DNA of 11,489 nucleotides from Candidatus Brocadiia bacterium (GTDB lineage Bacteria; Planctomycetota; Brocadiia; SM23-32): NCBI GenBank assembly GCA_046538485.1, contig JBKHIT010000099.1, positions 1 to 11,489 of the forward strand, read 5' to 3'. Shown piece by piece: positions 6,693 to 11,489 of this stretch (position 1 is its first letter; each line of letters starts with the position of its first letter). The notes under the pieces were generated by a model. It saw only the letters and a program-made list of their open reading frames with translations, ran no database searches and was not told where the DNA came from. The position numbers and the translations under genes were made by a program.

Positions 6693-6704
6693 AATGTGGT
6701 CTCC

Positions 6705-8573
6705 TTACCTGTTGAGTTCTTCCTGAAGTTCTTCCCAGAGGGATTCAATAGCCCGGGCAGCCGACCCTTCGGAATATTCGACGACTGTTTTCCCGGCCAT
6801 CAGGGCGTCATTGACTTCGGAATCGAACGGTATCTGGCCGACGACCCGTGATCCAGAATCTTCGCAGCGCTGGTGGATTATGTCAACCTGTTCGGCATTG
6901 AGATCGCATTTGTTGATGGCCACGAGAGCTCTTACACCGAAGTGCTGGCAGAGCTGGAGAACCCGCTCCATATCATGCACCCCCGACAGTGTAGGTTCCG
7001 TGACGATCAGGACGAGATCTGCGCCGGAAATGGAGGCGATGACGGGACATCCGGTCCCGGGTGAACCGTCCGAAAGAACCAGAGACGCCCCGAAATCCGC
7101 CGCGAGGTCGCCCGCCCGATCCCGCACGCGTGTCACGAGTTTTCCGCTGTTCTCTTCGGCGATGCCGAGTCTTGCGTGGGAGACCGGGCCGTATTCTGAG
7201 CGTGATTCGTAACTTTCCCCGGTAACGGCATGCTCGCTGTCGATCGCCTCGACAGGGCAGACCAGCGGGCACAGGCCGCAACCCTCGCAGAGAAAATCGT
7301 CGACCTGGTACGTTTCCGAATCGCCGGCTTCTTCATGCACGATAGCTTCAAAATGGCACGCTTCCGCGCACTGGCCGCAGGCGATGCATTCTGTCGGGTC
7401 AACTGTTGCCTTAATTCCGCCGACGAAATCCTCGGAATCGATGATGCGCGGGTGGAGCAACAGATACAGATCCGCCGCGTCGACGTCGCAATCGGTGATT
7501 ATTTTGTCATCGGACAGAACATCAAGCGAAGCTGCGACTGTCGTCTTGCCGGTTCCGCCTTTTCCGCTGATGATGGTGCATTCTTTCCAGCCTCCGCCGG
7601 ATTTTTCACCCGGGGGTTCATCGGATGGTTTTCGTTCCGAGACCGAGACCAGATCAAGTTGGGGGACGTTTGGCAGGGGGGTGCCGACGAGTTTTGTGGC
7701 TTCCTGGAATATTTCCAGCACCCGTTCTTTCACTTCCGGGAAGGATTCTGCGAGCAGTTCGCCGCGAGAGTAGGCTTCGGCGTATTCACGGGCGAACGGG
7801 ATGCGACCGATGATCGGCACGCCCACCTCTTCGGCGTAATCGACGATGAGAGTGTCTTCTCCGTCCGAACGGTTGACCACAATTCCAGAGGGGACTCCGA
7901 CTTCGAGGGCGAGGGATGTGGCCAGTTTCAGGTCGCTCAGGCCGAACGGTGTCGGTTCCGTGACCAATATGGCGACGCCGGCTCCGCCGACGGCTTCCAC
8001 CACGGGACAGGCCGTTCCGGGGGAGGCGTCGAGCACATTGATGCCATCGGGGTCGATCTGGTCTTTCACTCCCCGCACCACGGCGGGAGCGAGGGATTCG
8101 CCAACGTCGAGGAGCCCGTGTCCAAACCGGAATGGATGGTGGTTATCATCCACCTGAACTTCCCCGATCGGGGACGGTTCTTCAATCATGGCGTTTTCGG
8201 GGCAGATGAAACTGCAGACCCCGCAGGCGTGGCAGAGCTCCGGGAAGAGAAGGACCTTCTCTTTGACAAGTGCGAGGGCATTGTAGTTGCAGTGTTCCAC
8301 GCATTTACCGCAGGCGGTGCATTTTTCGGAATCCCAGACGGGTTTCTGCACTTTCACACTTTCGATACGTGTGAAGTCCGGCCTTACGAAAAGATGATCG
8401 TTCGGTTCTTCGACATCGCAGTCCAGCAACGTAACCGGGAGTTCAAAATCCGGGCTTGTGGCAAGCGCAAAGGCCATATTTGTGGCGAGAGTCGTTTTGC
8501 CGGTGCCTCCTTTGCCAGAGGCGATAGCCACACTCAATCCTGCCAGATCATTACTTTCTTCCTGCTTTGACAT
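6705..8573 (-). CDS. Tandem fusion of two MinD-superfamily P-loop ATPases, each with an inserted 2x[4Fe-4S] ferredoxin domain (COG1149-like)
   Basis: 622 aa with two SGKGGTGKTT motifs, two DCDV motifs and two PGT(A/G)CPV motifs. It has four CxxCxxCxxxC motifs (CTACGKCVEHC, CHACGVCSFIC, CIACGQCAEAC, CEGCGLCPLVC) and a Pro/Gly-rich linker around aa 296-329. Confidence 0.92.
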   Translation of the reverse strand: MSKQEESNDLAGLSVAIASGKGGTGKTTLATNMAFALATSPDFELPVTLLDCDVEEPNDHLFVRPDFTRIESVKVQKPVWDSEKCTACGKCVEHCNYNALALVKEKVLLFPELCHACGVCSFICPENAMIEEPSPIGEVQVDDNHHPFRFGHGLLDVGESLAPAVVRGVKDQIDPDGINVLDASPGTACPVVEAVGGAGVAILVTEPTPFGLSDLKLATSLALEVGVPSGIVVNRSDGEDTLIVDYAEEVGVPIIGRIPFAREYAEAYSRGELLAESFPEVKERVLEIFQEATKLVGTPLPNVPQLDLVSVSERKPSDEPPGEKSGGGWKECTIISGKGGTGKTTVAASLDVLSDDKIITDCDVDAADLYLLLHPRIIDSEDFVGGIKATVDPTECIACGQCAEACHFEAIVHEEAGDSETYQVDDFLCEGCGLCPLVCPVEAIDSEHAVTGESYESRSEYGPVSHARLGIAEENSGKLVTRVRDRAGDLAADFGASLVLSDGSPGTGCPVIASISGADLVLIVTEPTLSGVHDMERVLQLCQHFGVRALVAINKCDLNAEQVDIIHQRCEDSGSRVVGQIPFDSEVNDALMAGKTVVEYSEGSAARAIESLWEELQEELNR

Positions 8574-8664
8574 TGGTAAATCCTGGGGTTTAGTTGTGCG
8601 CTCCCCAGTTGATGAGATCGGTGTTTGAAGTGTATTTCGATGCTGATTTTAGTTGAAATGTCCC

Positions 8665-9024
8665 TTACCAGTGTCCCTCGACATCAGCAGAATCAGCTTC
8701 TTCCAGTTCACCGTTTGTGAAGTCTTCGATCGCCTCCTCAACCGTTCCGGAGGCCCCGATCGCGACTCGAATATCGGCTTCTTTCAGAACGCGCATGGCT
8801 TTTGGGCCGATATGACCACTTACAACCCAATCGGCGCCGGCTTCCGACACGTTTGTGGCCGCCTGAATTCCTGCACCGCTGGGAGCATTGAGATTCTGTT
8901 TGTTGTCAACGACTTCATGTTCTCCAGACTGGTCATCGTAGCTTATGAAGTACTTCGCACGCCCAAATCGCGGGTCGATTTCGGCGGAAAGGCTTTCACC
9001 GGTGCTCGTTAAAAAAATCTTCAT
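8665..9024 (-). CDS. NifB/NifX family Mo-Fe cluster-binding protein
   Basis: MKIFLTSTG..IDPRFGRAKYF..NKQNLNAPSGAGIQAA..SGHIGPKA..ADVEGHW. Confidence 0.9.
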   Translation of the reverse strand: MKIFLTSTGESLSAEIDPRFGRAKYFISYDDQSGEHEVVDNKQNLNAPSGAGIQAATNVSEAGADWVVSGHIGPKAMRVLKEADIRVAIGASGTVEEAIEDFTNGELEEADSADVEGHW

Positions 9025-9327
9025 CTATTAATTCCGAGAGAGGGAAAAGTTGACGGAATCGGACACACGGCAAGCATTCGAAGGGCGCTTGCCAGAATTT
9101 AGAATTATCCGATTTTTTTGTGATATGCAAACGCTTACAGCTTAACGAGATTGCGGTCAAAGCGAAAACTGATAGTGATCACCTTGACCGCATTTCCCGT
9201 ATCCTACATCTTACCGGCAAAACCGCGGGGAGCACAAGCGCACGGACAGAAAACACTCCAGGGCAACTCTCAGCCCGGAACCGTCAGAGCAACTCGTGCG
9301 ATTTATCTCCGGGTTCAGCCAGACGTG

Positions 9328-9780
9328 TTAAGCGTTCTCTGTATCTTGTTCCAGTTCAGCGATGCGCTGATTGATTTGTTCGAGTTGCTGACTCAGCATT
9401 TCAGCCTGCTGGCTTAACATCGCCATTTCATCTTCCGGTGAGGGAGCGTAGTAGCTCCCGGCTGGCCCGGCGCCTTGAGCGGGTGGGGCATATTGAGCTC
9501 CAGCAGCCGGTGGCGCGTATGCTCCAGCGGGTGGCGCGTAACCGCTTCCATAAGCGGGCATACCTTGGGCCGCGCGAGCCCAACCGGGCACTCCCGTGGC
9601 GTAATACCAGTTTCTGCGGCCCCGGCCGCCACCACGGCCTCCACGGCCGCCGTATCCGCCGAATCCACCACGAACAGCGCCGTTCGTGAATCCTGGTGCA
9701 CTATATCCTGCACAATAGCCAGCAGCACGACCCGTCATCGGGCCCATGCCGGCAGGCCCTGTTCCGTCTCCGCGAGGCAT
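9328..9780 (-). CDS. DUF5320-like protein (Gly/Arg-rich, C-terminal coiled coil)
   Basis: MPRGDGTGPAGMGPMTGRAAGYCAGY N-terminus, RG-rich tract, RNWYYATGVPGWAR, and a coiled-coil tail. Strong SD AAGGAGGT. Confidence 0.88.
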   Translation of the reverse strand: MPRGDGTGPAGMGPMTGRAAGYCAGYSAPGFTNGAVRGGFGGYGGRGGRGGGRGRRNWYYATGVPGWARAAQGMPAYGSGYAPPAGAYAPPAAGAQYAPPAQGAGPAGSYYAPSPEDEMAMLSQQAEMLSQQLEQINQRIAELEQDTENA

Positions 9781-9815
9781 AATGTTACCTCCTTTTTCTG
9801 AATTTGAATTCTAAG

Positions 9816-10028
9816 TTAACGTCCACGAGTCATCTTTGTGCCACAGTTCGGGCATTCCATGTTGTAGCATGGAGTGCCTCTTTGATGCGGAACCTTTTTC
9901 CCGCAACTGGGGCAGACGCAGTTACCAGACGGCCCGGCTCCTCGTCCACCCATTCGTCCGCGACCGCCTCCGCCCCCGGCGCCACCGCCAGCTCCACCAC
10001 CGCGTCCTTGACCTTGTCCACCTTGCAT
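9816..10028 (-). CDS. Small Gly-rich, Cys-rich (zinc-ribbon-like) protein
   Basis: 70 aa: a Gly-rich N-terminus, then GPSGNCVCPSCG..HQRGTPC..CPNCGTKMTR. SD AAGGAG. It is co-oriented inside the operon. Confidence 0.85.
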   Translation of the reverse strand: MQGGQGQGRGGGAGGGAGGGGGRGRMGGRGAGPSGNCVCPSCGKKVPHQRGTPCYNMECPNCGTKMTRGR

Positions 10029-10070
10029 GATACTTCTCCTTCCAAAATTGAGTATGGTTTTCTCTTTCTT

Positions 10071-10442
10071 CTACCGTCGTTGCTGTCCACCTCGACCGCG
10101 ACGCCGTCGACCGCTTCGGCCGCGAGCTTTTCCGCGGCCGCCCGGAGTCGCACCGAACTGAACAGAGCCACCTTCAATTACCAGCGTTCGGCCTTCGACA
10201 AAAGCTGTTGCAACCGTGCGACGGGCACCGGCCAGTATCCGGCTGACCGTCGGCCGGGAGACGCCGAGTCTTTCGGCTACGTCCTCCTGTTTCAATCCTT
10301 CGTAATCCGCCAGGCGGAGCGCTTCGTACTCGTCCAGGCTTAAAACGGCCCTTTCGAGGTTTCTGGCCGGCACGCCCGCCGGTTTGAACAGCGAGGCGGG
10401 GGGGCGTTTCTGTACTCGTCTGCGCTTTTTGTTTCGGGGCAT
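10071..10442 (-). CDS. DUF134 (UPF0251) predicted HTH DNA-binding protein
   Basis: MPRNKKRRRV..FKPAGVP..LSLDEYEALRLADYEGLKQEDVAERLGVSRPTVSRIL..ATAFVEGRTLVIEGG. SD GGAGTG. Confidence 0.92.
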   Translation of the reverse strand: MPRNKKRRRVQKRPPASLFKPAGVPARNLERAVLSLDEYEALRLADYEGLKQEDVAERLGVSRPTVSRILAGARRTVATAFVEGRTLVIEGGSVQFGATPGGRGKARGRSGRRRRGRGGQQRR

Positions 10443-10459
10443 ATCACTCCGTTCGCGTT

Positions 10460-10501
10460 ATGAACATATGTTCATTATAACTCTTCTGGAGGGGATGTCA
10501 A
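10460..10501 (-). promoter_or_regulatory. Consensus sigma70 promoter with an overlapping perfect 16-bp palindrome
   Basis: On the - strand: TTGACA (10501-10496), N16, TATAAT (10479-10474). The palindrome ATGAACATATGTTCAT (10460-10475) covers the expected transcription start. Confidence 0.85.
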
Positions 10502-10719
10502 ATTTTTTTCGGCCGATAGAGGAGCCCGGTTCTGCGGGATGGGGGAGGCTGCGCAGCTGCAGGAGAGCTGGAGAAACATGTGAAGAGGACTGTGTTGGAC
10601 CGCAGCAGGCCGATTTTTACCCCGGAACCTCCAAAATGAAAGTGTGCGGTATCCAACGTTTTCCGGAACGACACAGCGGTGAGTAAAACGCGCCTCCGGC
10701 CCGTTTTAACACACCGCAA

Positions 10720-11138
10720 TCCACCGCGAGTCGCGGTGGACTACATTAAGGTTGCTGCAGTGTACTTAGTGAGCTCTGATGGCGAAACTGGTATTCCCGG
10801 AAATTGTATCCCCCACGGGGGGCGCCGCTGGCGCGCGGGACATCGCACGGTCCGGTGCCGCAGTACGCAACAAAAATCAACGTATGTATGGTGGTACCCT
10901 GCCAGCGCGCCGCGCTGGCTTTGGAGTGCGTGCGACCGCGAGTCGCGGTAGACTACATCGGGGGTGCTGCAGGGTCCTTAGTAAGCTCTGCCGGTGAAAC
11001 TGATATTTCCAGAAATTGAATCCCCCACGGGGGGCGCGAGTCGCGGTGGAACACCTGGGAGGAGCTATTCAGATGCCGATAAGTTGCAAAAAACTTGCGC
11101 ATTTTCTCCCGTAGGAAACCCCCACGGGGGGCGCCGCT
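10720..11138. repeat. Three ~100-bp units bounded by CGCGAGTCGCGGTRGA and CCCCCACGGGGGGCGC (GTAG-type REP-like)
   Basis: Units at 10723-10825 and 10935-11037 are about 85% identical by hand alignment. Unit 11035-11134 has the same ends and length but a different interior. On the - strand GTAG precedes the palindrome TCCACCGCGACTCGCGGTGGA. Confidence 0.85.
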
Positions 11139-11224
11139 TTTAATTTGTCAGTGCCATCGTTTCGGGACGCGTTCTATTTTTCGTCCCAGAACTCCGAACT
11201 CCGGCGGCTGACGGCGCCGTCGGA

Positions 11225-11489
11225 CGGGGCTATACTCTGAGGCACTCTTTCGGAGCGCTGAACGATCCACGTCGGGGCTATCATCCGCGATGAAAAGAGC
11301 CCCTGAAAGGGGCGACTGAGAGCGTAGCCCCCGGCGACCAACGGGAGTCGGGGGGTTGGTGGGATTACGACAATCCCCGCCCCGACGGGGCGGCTGAGCG
11401 CGGAAAATGTCAAGCTGCCATTTTGTTACGCCAGAAAACAGCGGCCTCATTTCGCCCCGGGCTACGTCTGCCACGCCCGCTCCGCGGGC
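11225..11489. repeat. Cluster of REP-like elements
   Basis: 11298-11411 is an inverted homolog of 101-214. 11225-11257 is a degenerate copy in the opposite orientation. 11455-11473 matches 4172-4190. Confidence 0.75.

Noticed and set aside
7230..8570. 446-aa + strand ORF
   Set aside because: It is the antisense shadow of the well-supported ATPase gene and has no recognisable motifs.
5466..9024. Nitrogen fixation genes, and halophily inferred from acidic proteins
   Set aside because: NifB/NifX-family domains occur widely outside nif clusters and no nifHDK is present. A few acidic proteins are not enough to infer lifestyle.
9069..9130. Hairpin GGCAAGC..GCTTGCC and a weak internal promoter in the 300-bp gap before the NifX-like gene
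   Set aside because: There is no U-tract on the coding strand and the -10 match is poor.
10720..11138. CRISPR array
   Set aside because: The interiors of two units are homologous to each other, the periodicity is irregular, the spacers would be too long, and no cas genes are present.

Overview
The window has two parts. The left part (1-~5450) is an accessory, repeat-rich region. It holds two divergent class II Fic-family genes on the + strand, the first with a Tyr in place of the catalytic His. Each gene is followed by a near-identical 164-bp repeat, and there is also a partial third copy and a diverged inverted copy of that repeat. The intergenic DNA is built from blocks of 7-12-bp tandem repeats joined by a strongly strand-biased (A)ACGG(C) motif. 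This part also contains GTAG-type REP-like palindromes and a small membrane-protein gene split by a 270-bp MITE with perfect terminal inverted repeats at CTAG. The right part (5466-10501) is a - strand cluster typical of anaerobes: DUF134 HTH protein, a small Cys/Gly-rich protein, DUF5320, a NifB/NifX-family protein, a fused double MinD-like ATPase with ferredoxin inserts, Mrp/ApbC and a second NifB/NifX-family protein. It has a consensus sigma70 promoter overlapped by a perfect 16-bp palindrome. The right end (10720-11489) is another REP-like repeat cluster. No transposase, integrase, tRNA, rRNA or CRISPR array is visible. All family calls come from motif recognition by eye, not from database searches.
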